Positions 1 to 13,950 of a stretch of DNA of 64,000 nt are shown one piece after another. Under the pieces are notes generated by a model, which was not told the DNA's origin, made no database searches, and saw only the letters and a list, made by a program, of their open reading frames with translations. Positions within the stretch are counted from its first letter, which is position 1; each line of letters opens with the position of its first letter. The position numbers and the translations under genes were made by a program. Location of the stretch: the NCBI GenBank assembly GCA_951406725.2, contig OX597816.1, forward strand, positions 96,286,001 through 96,350,000, given 5' to 3'. This stretch comes from Octopus vulgaris (taxonomy: Eukaryota).

Positions 1-316
1 GAGAAACTCTCAAAATACAAAGACCTGGAAATAGAGGTAACCAGAATGTGGAACCTGAAAACAGAAACAATTCCTATCATAGTAGGTGCATTAGGCATGA
101 TAAAAAAATATTCAGACAAATACATAACAAAAACACCAGGACTTACAAACACATATAACATACAGAAAATTGCACTACTAGGCACTGCACACATCCTACG
201 CAGAACACTTTCCATACAATAACCATCAGAGCATCACAACAAATCACAGCACATACCCAAGGCACACAGAGCTGCGCTCGGTAGTGAAGTGAAAGCACGC
301 TATAAAAATAAAACTA

Positions 317-320
<4 letters not shown>
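1..320 (+). mobile_element. 3' end of an R4/Dong-clade non-LTR retrotransposon (C-terminus of the restriction-like endonuclease region plus 3' UTR), truncated by the window edge
   Basis: Frame 1 reads open from base 1: EKLSKYKDLEIEVTRMWNLKTETIPIIVGALGMIKK...IQKIALLGTAHILRRTLSIQ*, with the stop at 220-222. EKxxKYxDL, PIIVGALG and IQKxxLLGTAHILRR are typical R4/Dong C-terminal motifs. About 100 nt of UTR follow, then (TAA)n. Confidence 0.9.
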
Positions 321-395
<75 letters not shown>

Positions 396-432
396 GTAAT
401 AATAATAATAACAATAACAATAATAATACTAC

Positions 433-502
<70 letters not shown>
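320..502. repeat. (TAA)n microsatellite
   Basis: Seen directly, with a few interruptions. Confidence 0.98.
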
Positions 503-1219
503 CCTTTCTATTATAAGCACAAGGCCTGAAATGTGTGGGGAGGGGGTAAACCAATTACATCGATCTCAGTATTTCACTGGTACATCGACCGCGAAAAGAT
601 GAAAAACAAAGTGCCCCTACCACCTTCCCCGGTGGAATTTGAAATCAAAACCTTGCGACGGTTGAAATACATATTTCTTTACTACCCACAAGGGGCTAAA
701 CACAGAAAGGACAAACAAGGACAGACAAACGGCTTAAGTCGATTATATCGACCCCAGTGCCTACTGGTACTTATTTAATCGACCCCGAAAGGATGAAAGG
801 CAAAGTCGACCTCGGCGGAATTTGAACTCCGAACGTAAAGACAGACGAAATACCTATTTCTCTACTACCCACAAGGGGCTAAACACAGAGGGGACAAACA
901 AGGACAGACACACGGATTAAGTCGATTACATCGACTGCAGTACTTATTTAATCGACCCCGAAAGAATGAAAGGCAAAGTCGACCTCGGTGGAATTTGAAC
1001 TCAGAACGTAACGGCACACGAAATACCGCTAAGCATTTCGTCCAGGGTAAAGACGACCTCGGCGGAATTTTAATAATAATACTGATTATAGTTTCAAATT
1101 GTGGCACAAGGCTAGCAATCTTGGGGTAAAGATAAGTCGATTACATCGACGTCAGTGTTCAACTGGTACTCATTTTATCGACTCCGAAAGGATGAAAGCA
1201 ATGACAACCTCGGCGGAAT

Positions 1220-1221
<2 letters not shown>
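503..1221 (-). mobile_element. Cluster of nested/tandem tRNA-derived SINE fragments (octopus-type family)
   Basis: The block ATCGACCCCGAAAGGATGAAAGGCAAAGTCGACCTCGGCGGAATTTGAACTC recurs near 778, 951 and 1177. CTACCCACAAGGGGCTAAACACAGA recurs at about 683 and 865. The minus strand has a Pol III B-box-like GAGTTCAAATTCC. Confidence 0.85.
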
Positions 1222-1251
<30 letters not shown>

Positions 1252-1311
1252 AAGAAGAAGAAGAAGAAGAAGAAGAAGAAGAAGAAGAAGAAGAAGAAGA
1301 AGAAGAAGAAG

Positions 1312-1344
<33 letters not shown>
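1222..1344. repeat. Compound (AAG)n(AAC)n microsatellite
   Basis: Seen directly. Confidence 0.98.
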
Positions 1345-1345
<1 letters not shown>

Positions 1346-1456
1346 CAGGTAGAAAATTAACGATGATACGGTTGCGGGAATGTGCGTGTAAGGTCTGGGG
1401 AATGTGTAGCATAACAACACTGCTTGACTGATTCAAAATATATCCCAAAACACAAA

Positions 1457-1595
1457 GCGGCGAGCTGCCAGAAGCGTTAGCACACCGGGAGAAATGCCAG
1501 GGCGATAAATTTAGTACCAGTTCCGTACTGGTGTAGATCTAATCGACTGCCTACTCCCCCAAATTTTCGGGCCTTGTGCCTAGAGTAGAAAAACG
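1457..1595 (+). mobile_element. Internally deleted SINE of the same family
   Basis: Head GCGGCGAGCTGCCAGAAGCGTTAGCAC is joined to tail AGTACCAGTT...AATCGACT...GGCCTTGTGCC. Confidence 0.7.
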
Positions 1596-2519
1596 ATTCA
1601 GAACAACTCAAATAGCAAAATAATGCATATGTGTTAAAGGATAATGGCTCAGATAATACTTGCAGAAGTTATTCATGTTATCTCAATACGTTCATAGCTG
1701 TCGGTAAATTGTCACCACGTGTGAGGAAACTGTTTATTGTTCGTATCACCACCAAACTGACTCTACCTCCGAATCAAAATATGAAATACAATACAAATAA
1801 AAACCAGATCATACATCCCGGGATTTTATATATGAATGCGTTCATTGAATGTGACGCATAAAAAAGTATGAAAATAGAGTATGCAATATTTACTATTAAC
1901 GGAAACAAACAAACCCGACAACAATAATGATATTCAAAATGAAGTGGTGGAAAAAGAAAAAAGGAAAGGGAAATATAATATATCACCTTCATTTTAAAAT
2001 ACATATATAATATTATTCCTGGCTCTCTTTTAGATTAGATCTAGTGACAAAAGGGCATTGTTTAGCTCTATAAAATTTGCGTACGTAATTTTCTTTTCTT
2101 TTTTTTTCCGAGAGGAGGACTGTTTGTTTGTATCTCGACAGAGGCGAGATAAAGTTAAGGCTTCCTTAACCCTGTCACGCCGTTTCCCTGCAAATCCAGA
2201 AATGGTTTAAACGTCATCTCTGCTGGATTCCCAAAAAATTGGTAATGAAAAATACACGCAGAAGCGGAAAATGCAACCTATTTTGTCCATTAGTTTGTCT
2301 GCAATTGTTATTTTTGAGTTGTATTTGAATCTACTTACCTTTTTTTACTCAGGAGCACAAATATAGAGTAAATTGAGACACAGGGACCCAGGTCTGGGGG
2401 GATTAAAAAAGGTTTAAATTTTTTGTCTCATTATTTCTGCTGTTATCGCTATCTTCAAAAATATTTGAGAGATGGTTCAAAATACTTTTCATATTTAAGG
2501 CAGCGAAGTGACAGAATCA

Positions 2520-2695
2520 TTACTGCGCCAGAAAAATACATTTCTTGCGACTTTACGAAGAAAGTTCGCCGAGGTCTACTTTGCCGTCTCATAGTTTTGG
2601 GATCGAAAAATAAGTTCCACTTGAGCACTGAGGTCCACGTAATCGACTTACACCCAACCCCGAAATTGATGGCCTTGTGCCAAAATATGAAACCA
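2520..2695 (+). mobile_element. Decayed SINE copy
   Basis: CGCCGAGGTCTACTTTGCC...GTAATCGACTTAC...GGCCTTGTGCCAAAATATGAAACCA matches the family. Confidence 0.65.
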
Positions 2696-3829
2696 ATGGA
2701 TTTAGTGCAATGCATTTTGAGTCAGTTTTTTTTAATTTATTTTCTTTTTAGTTTTTATAATGAGCGTATCGGTCAGATATTTTGAATGGGAAATCTGTTT
2801 GAATTTATAATCGAAAGAAACAAGTCGGGAGAAACAAGTGATTACATTTTTCTAGGTTCGATTATAGGGGCAGGCCGTCTTCAAGTGATGAACATCCGTT
2901 CTGGAATTTTCCCCAAAGAATTATTCACTGGTAACACTTGAATTTAGTTGTGTCTCAGAATTTCTTTTTAAAATACGTCTTTATCATTTGAGAGTCAATG
3001 ATGATGATGATGATTTCATTAATTTGAAAATATTTACAAATTTTGTGGTAAAGAACACAGAAACTGAGAAAAACAAATGGAAAGGGGACATAGCTGGAAT
3101 ATAGATCCAGTGAAACAGATGTGCAACCTTTCTCATTCCTTTAAATATTTGCAAGAAATATTTCATTGAATTTTCATAAAGAAGATGAGAAAAAGCAAAA
3201 AAAAAAAATTGTCTCACCATGTCAGACTTGATCTGGCAGGGAGTAAACGTATTGCAATATATTAGTGTACATGTAATCTCAGGTGAGAAGACATATATAT
3301 ATATATATATATATACAAAAATTACAACAAGATCTAAATATTCTATTCCTGACCAGACAATGTAGCTGAGGTGTCAACAATAGACGGAAGAGTGCTTTTA
3401 AATTGGCTTCATCATGTGTGACTTATTTAAAATGTTGGAAACTGCGAAATTTTATAACTACATAACAAACGTCTTTAAAACTTTGCATTTGCAAGACATC
3501 TCACATTCATCGACAAATAAAAAATTCTTCCGTTGACACACGGTCACATTTTTTTAACTGAAGGTTTTAAACCGCAGAAACAAATCCTGGGGAATTACTC
3601 GCATGTAGTTTCTAAAGAACTCAGGTGACATTGGAAGAATAACGTTTACACTCGCGAAATTTGAATATATAGATTGACGAAAGAAAACATCACAAGGAAC
3701 TTGTTCCAATTTGTTCTATTTACTGCCAAGTCACTTCTATAAGTAAATATGTTCAATATTTATAAAACTACATATTAAGCCATTCATATGTAAACATTTG
3801 TTACTCATTTCCATTGTTACCATCGTATG

Positions 3830-4460
3830 AAGCGGAAAGCTGGCAGAATCATTAGCAGCATTTAGTCTGACTTTACGTTCTGAATTCAAATGCCACCTGA
3901 GTTGACTTTGCTTTTTATTATTTCGGAGTCCATAAAATAAGTACCAGTTGAGAACCAGGGTTTATGTAATCAACATACCACTCCCCTGAAATTGCTGACC
4001 TTGTGCCAAAATTTGAAATCATTAATAACATTATATAAGGCGGCGAGCTGGCAGAATCGTTAGCTAAACTTCGTATTTACGTTCCAACTTCAAATTCCGC
4101 CGAGATCGACTTTGCTTTTCATCCTTTTGGGGGTCGATATAATAAGTACCAGTCAAATACTGGGGTCTGTGTTATCAACTAGACTCTTCCTTCAAAAACT
4201 GTTGGATCCGTACCAAAATATGAAACCAGTATTAGCATTATAAAGGCGGAGTGTTGGCAAAATCTTTCCCAGGTCAGAGAGAATGTTTAGCAGCATTTTC
4301 TTTGGTTTTTACGTCCCAAATTCAGAAGCTGCCGAGTTGGATTTTGCCTTTCCCTTTTTCGGGTCCGGTAAAATAAATACCAGTCGAACACATCGGTTGA
4401 TGATTACAAGTTACCCCTTCCCCTAAAATTGCTGGCTTTGTGCCAAAATTCGAAACCATT
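3830..4460 (+). mobile_element. Three head-to-tail SINE copies (about 200 bp each)
   Basis: Heads AAGCGGAAAGCTGGCAGAATC (about 3830), AAGGCGGCGAGCTGGCAGAATCG (about 4037) and AAGGCGGAGTGTTGGCAAAATC (about 4243). Each unit ends in a TG(T)GCCAAAAT..GAAAC-like tail. Confidence 0.85.
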
Positions 4461-4878
4461 TCTTCATAATTATATTGTGGGATTTCAATGGTCTGCCTGG
4501 ATGTAGCTGATTAACAATCTACATCTAATGTACATTGGCTCGCTGTCAGATTTAACATGACAAAAATTTTGTCAACATTTTTCTTCCTACTTTCTGTGAA
4601 CGACATCAATTATTAGCACAGAGACAATAATTCAGCAACAGTAAATGGGAAGACGCAGGCATAGAAAAAGGATCTGAAATATCGTAATGCTTCATTAGAA
4701 TTCCAAATATATCTTCCTGTAATAAAGCCAAACATTCATTAGTATTTCAATTCTAAAACCTATGAGAGCATAAACATTTCCGGGTAAAATACCAATTTAT
4801 TAATTAATGGCCATAAAGTAATTGACTTAAAATGCGATTATCTTATGTTCTCAAAAATGTGCGCACATATATTCACAA

Positions 4879-5046
<168 letters not shown>

Positions 5047-5820
5047 GGTAAGATCCAAGGATCAAGGTGTAGAAAGTTAGTAAGCTTCGAGCAGTCCGTA
5101 GAAAGTGTAAAAAGCATCTTTCGGGAAAAATAGTGGTTTACCGACGGAGAAGATTGCAAATCTTTCACATAACGAAGCTCGATAAGCTGTAAAATGGTAA
5201 TTTATAGTTTACAGTTAGAAGGTGTTTTTGCTGGGGTTGAGCATAAAAATCCGAGACTAGGAAATCCAGGCTACATATGTTTCATTACTACCTCGGAATT
5301 AGTAATTATCCAAACGAAGGGTAATCAAATAAAGTCACCATTGTCAAGGCATCCCGTGTTAACACGCAGGAGATACGATCGAAAATGCATGGAAAGCACA
5401 AAGATACTGAAGAAAACGGAAAGCATATTTGTGAAGGAATAATATTTGAAAGCAGGTGAATGTCCAAACTTGTTAAGGAAAAGAATAAGAATACGAAAAA
5501 GGAAAAGAGAAGGGGCGATTAGGGGAAAATTTAGTATTATTGAAGCTGGCTAAGCGAATTTAGGTTGGGGTCATTTATGTAGAATAAATAAATATATTGT
5601 GGCACCCAGAATATACATTTAAACAGAGTCAAAGAAAGAGAAGATGCAGGAGTGGTATCAAACCAGAATTTGTTAGGAGAGGGGGGGGAAGAAGAGGGAG
5701 TTAATAATGTTCTTGATTAGTAGGAGAACATAGTAGTTCTAGGTAATATATCACTTAATTTTAAAACTATTCAAATGCATATTGGTGTTTCACTAATTTT
5801 GGATACACGCGCGTGAGCGT

Positions 5821-5888
<68 letters not shown>

Positions 5889-5960
5889 TGCACATGACTG
5901 ACTGCTAGCTACTAAAGCTACTAAAGCTTTCATTTTTTATTCTGTTTATTTTCTCGTGTT

Positions 5961-5998
5961 CCTTTCTGTTGAAGATCGTAGGCTCGAAACATAAAAAA
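5961..5998 (+). ncRNA. Degenerate copy of the Penelope-associated HHR-like motif
   Basis: CCTTTCTGTTGAAGATCGTAGGCTCGAAACATAAAA matches 29330-29367, with substitutions in stems II and III. Confidence 0.45.
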
Positions 5999-6029
5999 CT
6001 TTCTATGAGACCTACTGTATGTTGGTGCA

Positions 6030-6590
6030 TGCCTTCCAACATGCAGTAGCTCTCGTAGCTTCAGATCTTAACTGATTGGAAGTGTTATCATATACATGTC
6101 TTGACTTGGTATAAAAGAAGCACTACATCATATATTCCGTTCAATACCACAGATTTGCCTGTCAATTTCTTGACCTTAACCAGTTGAGTATGTTCGATAG
6201 TGTCTGACGATATATGAATTTCTACTCACGAACAGGAATAATGGTCGAGCAGTTTAGACATGTGTTGAAAAGAATTCCTTGGGGCTTGAATAATTCACCC
6301 CTGGAAACATGCGTGTCATTTTTTTATCATCCTTGAACAACTGAGAGTCAGAAACCTTTTGAACGGGATGGGCTACTCGACCTGAAGAAAATTCTAACTG
6401 GGCCTTACATGCAAGGTCATGCACTGCTTATCTTGATATGAGGTCACCATGTCGTGCACATATGATTGTGAAGCATGTGTTGCTGTAACCTTATCAGCAA
6501 GTCGTCATGCTGGTTATACTGGACTTCGTGTATTTGTGCCCCAGTGTCACTCTGGTGGCATGCGTTGCTCTCTCACCCAATAAAGATAAT
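6030..6590. repeat. Unclassified interspersed repeat, copy 1
   Basis: Aligns by eye with 7660-8007; shared blocks include ATCTTAACTGATTGGAA, CAATACCACAGATTTG, GACCTTAACCAGTTGAG and GGGATGGGCTA. Confidence 0.8.
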
Positions 6591-6789
6591 ATCAGTTTAT
6601 ATAACTAATCTGTTCATATTACTAGTATGTTCAAATTTCTGCTACATAACCGTCATTGAAGCATGGTAGTTCCACATTTAAGTCTAATTTGGCAATTTAA
6701 TTCCACAGTTGATTGAGGTAGTAGTAAATTCATTTAAGTGATCTTTCTAATCTCTAACAAATTTTACGTAATTTGAGTATGACGCGCGC

Positions 6790-6791
6790 GT

Positions 6792-6828
<37 letters not shown>

Positions 6829-6866
6829 TACGTATATATATGTGTGTATATATATATATATAAAGA

Positions 6867-6901
<35 letters not shown>

Positions 6902-6954
6902 TAGACAGACAGACAGACAGTCAGTCAGTCAGACAGACAGACAGACAGACGGAC

Positions 6955-7035
<81 letters not shown>
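6790..7035. repeat. Compound (CA)/(TA)/(GA)/(GACA)/(GATA) microsatellite
   Basis: Seen directly. Confidence 0.95.
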
Positions 7036-7309
7036 TACTATGTATGTATAAGCACACGTATATACAAGCCCAAATGACATTACACTGGTTGAAATATATT
7101 GGTTTAAGTGTGTCTCTGATAATATATCTATCAGTGTGTCACCGTCCACACACCATTTTACCACTTTATTTAAATATCTGGTTATCTCATTGTGAATCAT
7201 AGTGATACACACTTATACCTGCATACATACACATAAATAGAGTTATAACTTAAAGCATGTATATCAAATTTATGAAGCATTAAATCTAAGAACTCAGTCG
7301 AGAAAGAAT

Positions 7310-7505
7310 ATTGGCTTCAAATTTCGGCGTAAGACCATTAATTTGGGGGGGAGGGGTAAAGTCGATTACACAGACGCAAATATTTAGCGGGTACGTATAC
7401 TTTCTACCCCAAAAGGATGAAAGGCAATTGGAATTCAGAACGTAAAGATCGACGAAATATCGCTAAGCATTTTATCCGGCAGGCAAACGATTCTGCCAAT
7501 TCGCG
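7310..7505 (-). mobile_element. SINE copy
   Basis: AAGTCGATTACA...CCCCAAAAGGATGAAAGGCAA...CAGAACGTAAAG...GCTAAGCATTT...AACGATTCTGCCA. Confidence 0.8.
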
Positions 7506-7659
7506 ATAGTAATTTGAGAAAAAAATACCAACAAATGCAATGACAACGACTTCGATTCAATAATAATAACAACGACAACAGCAACATCAGTAACAACAAC
7601 AGTAATGTCAACAACAACAACAACAATAACAACAACAACAACAATGATAATAATACAAA

Positions 7660-8007
7660 TGCCATGATGCAGTACTAGGTAGTGGTTCTCATGGCTTCTC
7701 ATCTTAACTGATTGGAATTGTTATTATGTACATTGTTTTGTCTTGGTATAAAAGATGGGCTACCCCAAATATTCTGCTCAATACCACAGATTTGTTTGTC
7801 ACTTGTTTGACCTTAACCAGTTGAGCATGTCCCTTAGTGGCTGATGATGTTTGCATTTCTGGTTACGAGCAGAAGTAGTGGGGAAGTATCATAGCCATAT
7901 GTCGAGAGGAATTACTTGGGGTTCGGATAATTCACCTTTGGAAACGGGTGTTTCGTTTAACATCCTTAAACAACCCTTATTCAGGAACCTTTTGAGTGGG
8001 ATGGGCT
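7660..8007. repeat. Unclassified interspersed repeat, copy 2 (truncated at a TA/TAGA array)
   Basis: Homologous to 6030-6375. Confidence 0.8.
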
Positions 8008-8024
8008 AATATATATATATATAT

Positions 8025-8060
<36 letters not shown>

Positions 8061-8069
8061 ATAGATGTA

Positions 8070-8270
8070 TTTGTGTGGCTGTGTTTGTCCCCCACCGTCG
8101 CTTGATAACCGATGTTGGTCTGTTTATGTCCCTGTAACATGGGGGTTCGGCAAAAGACACCAATAGAATAAGTACTAGGATTACAAAGAATAAATCCTGA
8201 GGTTGATTTGTTCGACAAAAGGCAGTGCTCCAGCATAGCCGCAGTCAAATGAGTGAAACAAGTAAAAGAA
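8070..8270 (+). mobile_element. 3' half of a second SINE family
   Basis: GGTTCGGCAAAAGA...AATAAGTACTAGG...GTGCTCCAGCATAGCCGCAGTCAAATGAGTGAAAC. Reverse-complement matches occur at about 22345-22415, 37860-37930 and 45110-45185. Confidence 0.75.
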
Positions 8271-10482
8271 TGTATGCATGTATGTATGTATGTATGTACG
8301 CATGTATGTATGCATGTATGTATGCATGTATGTGTGTATGTATGAATGTATGTATGTATATGATGTATGATATATATATGAAATTGCAAATGATTGAGTG
8401 ATACAGATACGCGAATAGAGAAACGTACGCACAGTCTAATACTCATAACCTGTTTAACGCTTTTTCTTTGTGTACACACGTCTCATTTAATTGTCAAGGA
8501 TGGATAGTATGGTAACATGACGTCATCGAAATGATATTTCTTTCATAGCGAAACTAAACATCAACTCTCGTGGATATTCGAAATTTATAAGTCCTTTTAA
8601 AGAAACAACAATACTGTATGAAGCTAAGGAAAATATTTTTATGTTAACAGTCACTCTGATACAAATAGCAGTTAAATTTTATTCAAGTTAAGACAAATGA
8701 GTTGAATATGCATTTTGTAATATAGTTCTAAATGCTCACTACTAGAGAAAATGATGAAACTCTCATTACTCATAAGGTCCTCGAACTGGATCTGTTCAGT
8801 TAGCGTTGATTTGGAACTAAACAAGAACCAAGGGAGAATGGTATAGATCTGATGTATGTATTCGATCGTGGTATACACCTTCCCGCATTCTAATGTAATA
8901 ACCTGGCGTTGAATCTAGACAAGTTGATAAAATAAGAACGTAGTGATAGCCACGGCTGTTTAATATGTTAACGCCTTATTAATATTTAGATAAAACTAAT
9001 CCTTAATTAGGAAACATTGAAATGATAATGGTGAAGAAGGGAAATTTTTGCATGAAACACGCATTCACTGATTTCGATTATGGAGCGGAGTTTGCCCTTG
9101 ATATGCAGCGTATCATACCAGGAAAATTTTTTATTGTGACTGACGTGGGCTTTTTTTAATATTTTTTGTATATTTATTGAAGAATGAAACAATATGCGAG
9201 AGGCTAAGCAAATAACTCTATCACACTAGCATATAAAATGTTAATGATACATTGTGCTTAATAAATCACATCTAATCTATCAGTTAAATATTATTTTGCT
9301 ATGGTGTTATGATCTTTTAACTGTAAGAGATGGAGAATACGATAGAGAGAGAGAGAGGTAGAGAAGGATAGAAGGAATGTAAATCTGGCAATATAAAAAT
9401 TGTAAATTACTCAAACGAGGAAAGAGTGCACAGTAAGAGAAAATAGATAGAAATAGGGGAGAGTTAAATGGTACATGATATTGTGAATGCATTACGACTA
9501 TGCACATAACTTCGTCTGGGTAGATAGTGTTGCAGAATATAGTACGATGGAACTAGCTGATTCAACCAGAATGTGCAATTCATCACCGCCTAATAACAGG
9601 GTAGATATTACTGACCCTACTTGCCATAAATTTATTGAATACAAAAAAAAGATTTAACAAGAAACACGTATTATCGTTGTGCTTCAATTATGTAGGAGCA
9701 ATTAAAATAATTTTTGTTCAAATATTTCCTTAAAATTAATTGAAGGATCACATAAATGATATATAGCTTCAATACACTTGAATGATAAGGAAATCTGGTT
9801 AATCTGACGTGGGAAGCGTAAAACACTTTAAATGAGTGTATTTGATAAAAACAGAGAATTTGCAGATCGAAATTATACTAATATAGAACATTGTGAAAAG
9901 CAATCATAATTCCACCGAGGTGAAAAGCAATAAAATTTTAAAGCATCTTCGTTTTCGGCGTGCTTTATCCCATTGAAATGCGCTTCAGCAAAAGAACCAT
10001 TTAAATTACAATTAAACGCCACATAGAAATGTTAGAGGTATCAAGGGGATAAAGATTCAATGGGAGCTGAATGGATAATACATATAAATATAAAGTATAT
10101 GTTAATGTTTCCGAACCGAATCATCGTAACATCGTTTAGTAGCATGAAATGAGAGGATGATTAAATTTAGTTAAGAAATTTGTACATAAATTCTGATCAT
10201 AAATATAATTCCCAAGTCAGGTGAAAAATATTTTCGGACAATGCATATTTGGACACATACACATACTCGCACGCACACACGGACGCGCCCGCGCACGTGT
10301 ACACACACTCACACACACACATACATACACACGAAATCACACGCACCTCGCACATGTATGTGTATATGTCTGTATATCTATATATATGTAATATATATTA
10401 TATATATATGTATGTTTATATATATATAATTATATATGCATATATATTATACATATGTATGTATATATATGAATGTATATAG

Positions 10483-10536
<54 letters not shown>

Positions 10537-11584
10537 AAATATATATATGTATATATGTATATATATATATTATGTATTATGACATTATACACACGTAGGT
10601 ACAAACACACACAGATATATATATGCATATGCATGTATACATATCATAAAAGGGCTTAACTTTGTTTATGAATATATTTATTTACCTGAACGCATCTGTT
10701 TGTTTGCAAAAATCTACATAGCAACACGTATATATAATGGTATATAGAGCTTAGCGTATATATTTCCCTATGTAATTATTAAATATTTTACATAGGCGTT
10801 AAAACATTGTTGTAAGGGATAAATTGAGAGCTGATGTCAACAAAGAGAAACTTTTCGTAATATACGAAACAGATAAAAATATCGTGCATCCTATATCATT
10901 ACATATCTCTTTTAACAAACCCGATAATATCCGCTAATGGCTCGTTAGAGAAGGATATATAAAGCTTCATTGAATTTTTGTATCTAAAGAGTGTCATGAA
11001 ATAGAGTTTCATTAAAGATACACACATACCTACACAAACGCGCGCGCGTATCTATCTATCTCTATATATATATTTGTATGAATATATCATATTTAAACAC
11101 ACACACATATATACACACGCGCGCTCTCATTTACATCAACATGCACAAACAAATACACACGCTTACGGACGCATACACACTCACACATGCGCACACACAG
11201 AGAGAATTTTATTTGTGTAGGATATACAATCTATTTCTAACAAATTTCGATTTAAATATACTTTAGCTTCCATTGAGTTCTTAGAAAAATCTTTACACCG
11301 AAAATTTACATTCGTATTGATCGCCGTACTGTCGGATTCCATCATTATATCGTATGACAGCGTTCTTTTACTTGGTGTTAATTACTATGGAAACATTTAG
11401 ATTGTTGGATTTCTTATAAAATGATAAGATGATGATAAATAATAAACGAATAAAAATATCTTGGCTGTTTCTTACAGCGTTAAGAACAAAATTGAATCTA
11501 TCATGATACAAATATATATGATTAAGCGTTCAGTGTAGCGGAATATAAATAATTTTGTGTGCATTTGTGTGTAGTTTTGTGAGC

Positions 11585-11652
<68 letters not shown>

Positions 11653-13329
11653 TGTGTGAGCGCGCGCGCTTCAAACGCATATCATTTTCATGAGAAATAA
11701 TACTCTGAACAATGGCGTTGAGAAACAGCAACTCATGAAGGGCAACGGCCCAAAAATTATCACCTATCTAATTTTGTTGCGAATTTGTTTATTCCTTCTG
11801 CATGATTACTGTGTATGTGATGGACTATGAATATTTCTTTGATTCAATGAATAGTTTCCGCGCTGTTTTTTCGTGTCACGAGAAATTTCAAAATGAAAAT
11901 TAGCATAGGCAAGTATTTGCTGAGTAACAACTTTTATAATACCGTAATCTTACTCAAGGCATTACGCAGATTTTAAGCGGAAACTAACGAAGGATAAACT
12001 GATACTTTTGTGATTGAATGCTTAGTTCACAAGCTGGCGTAAATAGATTTATGATGGACCTCTTTTAAAAAACAACACTGAATGAGGGCATGATATTAAC
12101 ACAAAGTACCTAATGACTGCTGTAAGAGTTATATTTCTTTTCTGTAAGAAAGACATTTCAATCATAAGGAATTACTTTGTGTACAACCTTCAGTACACCA
12201 GCCCTTGCATTATTAAGCTGATATATTTTCGTAATGCATATTTGGAAAGATTAGTAATAATGTATGGTAAAATTTCGTCTTACCTTTGTTCTAAAACAAT
12301 TTTCTTTTGGACATTCATGAGTTAGGAGTATTCCCTTTTTGAGTGACTTATGAGAATAGGATATTTTTTTTTTTATAGAGAGAGTCATAGTCTCGAGTTA
12401 GGTGACAATATATGTGTTTAATGCAACAACGGTTTAATAATTATAATTAATATCTATTCTCCTGTCACACTAATAGCTAGTAATTCTGCAAAATATACAT
12501 GTAAATATTAGTAGATTGAGTCATTTATAGCAAAGTTTCTTCACCAAGAGTAATGTTCTTCATCAGCAGTGAAACACCAAGATAAAATTAATCACCGTAA
12601 GTAACTGCCAAACTGCCAGTAACAAGAAATCCACATCTCTTTTAATAAATTCGCAGAACAAAGAGATATCTAACGCCTTATTAGAAATACATTCGATAGC
12701 GGATGGTACGAGAACCTCCTTAAAAGGAATGTTTAAGAGATATTCGAAAATCTATTAAACTTTATCTCAGACTCCTCTAAAAGGAATTACAATCAGTTAC
12801 CATTAATCTCTTACAACTTTGCACATATATGACACGAATCTAATACTTCCTATCTTTTAAATGCAATGCTGAGGCCATTGTTTTTATCGCTTATAAATAC
12901 CCTTCTAACACTGAGCACATTATCATACCTTTCATTCATTAGCTGTCAATTTTCAAATATTCGATAATATTAGGATATCGTACATATTTTCAAAAAACAG
13001 CGGCTACATATCACTTCTCATGAACATCTCCCAAATTAAATCATTTATCTTATTACACAGTGTAGAACTTACTATCTTAAGCTCTGACTCTGTTATTCAT
13101 TAAACTACAACAAATCAATTTAGTTTTCTCTGATCTGAGAAGATATTGCTTCTAGGAAACAATAAGAACACTGTACTTAAATATATTCAGCTCATACATA
13201 AAATTCTATACGCTCTTTCATCACTGTCGACTATATTCGGAGGAAACATCCAATAAGAGAGCCAGCATGTGGTTTTTACATGTAATCAAATCTGCATCCG
13301 CTCCCATTCTGCCGACTTATAAAACAAAG

Positions 13330-13950
13330 ACTCACAGCACAAAGAAGTCCTCTGCACAAAACAAACATAAGACCATCATCATCGAAAGAACTTTCATCAT
13401 AAGTCAACTCAATCAGTACTGATCTGAGAGCAACGTCTCTATCGTGTACCCACGTAAGGAGTTGAAATCAACAACGCAGTAAGCAAATCGCCCATATTAC
13501 TGTGCTGCCACCGAAGTGTCACATCCTATAGTAGCTATTTACTTCTAGATGGGCTGGGTTATTTTGGCGTTAATATAAAGACTGATCAAAAAATTCCAAT
13601 CCATAATACCTAATTCAGAAATACCAATGTATAGTGCCTATTTACTGCTAATCGGTTTGGGTTACTGGGAATTAAGTGGTTGCAATCAGAATCCAGTATT
13701 TGTTATATAGTATGAATCACCAAACTATAGCATTCATCTAATCGCTCTGCTGCAGGGCGAGCTCATAGGAGGCATTGAAGACCTGAACTCTTGTGTCTCT
13801 AGTGGTTCCAGTCACTGCCACGCACTTCTCGCCATATATATCATTGAAATAATTGCTTTCCACAATGCTCACACCCACGATGATATACTGCTAGTCAATA
13901 CTATCTAACCTTACCAAAGCTTCCGTGTACAAATTCCACGGATATACAAC
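13330..13950 (+). mobile_element. Possible highly decayed LINE (RTE-like) endonuclease region
   Basis: Only scattered remnants in plausible order (AGTGCCTAT resembling SAY; CTGCTGCAGGGCGAG resembling LLxGD), with many stops. Confidence 0.25.

Noticed and set aside
4037-4110. tRNA gene
   Set aside because: A- and B-box-like motifs are present, but no cloverleaf forms and the sequence continues into a SINE body.
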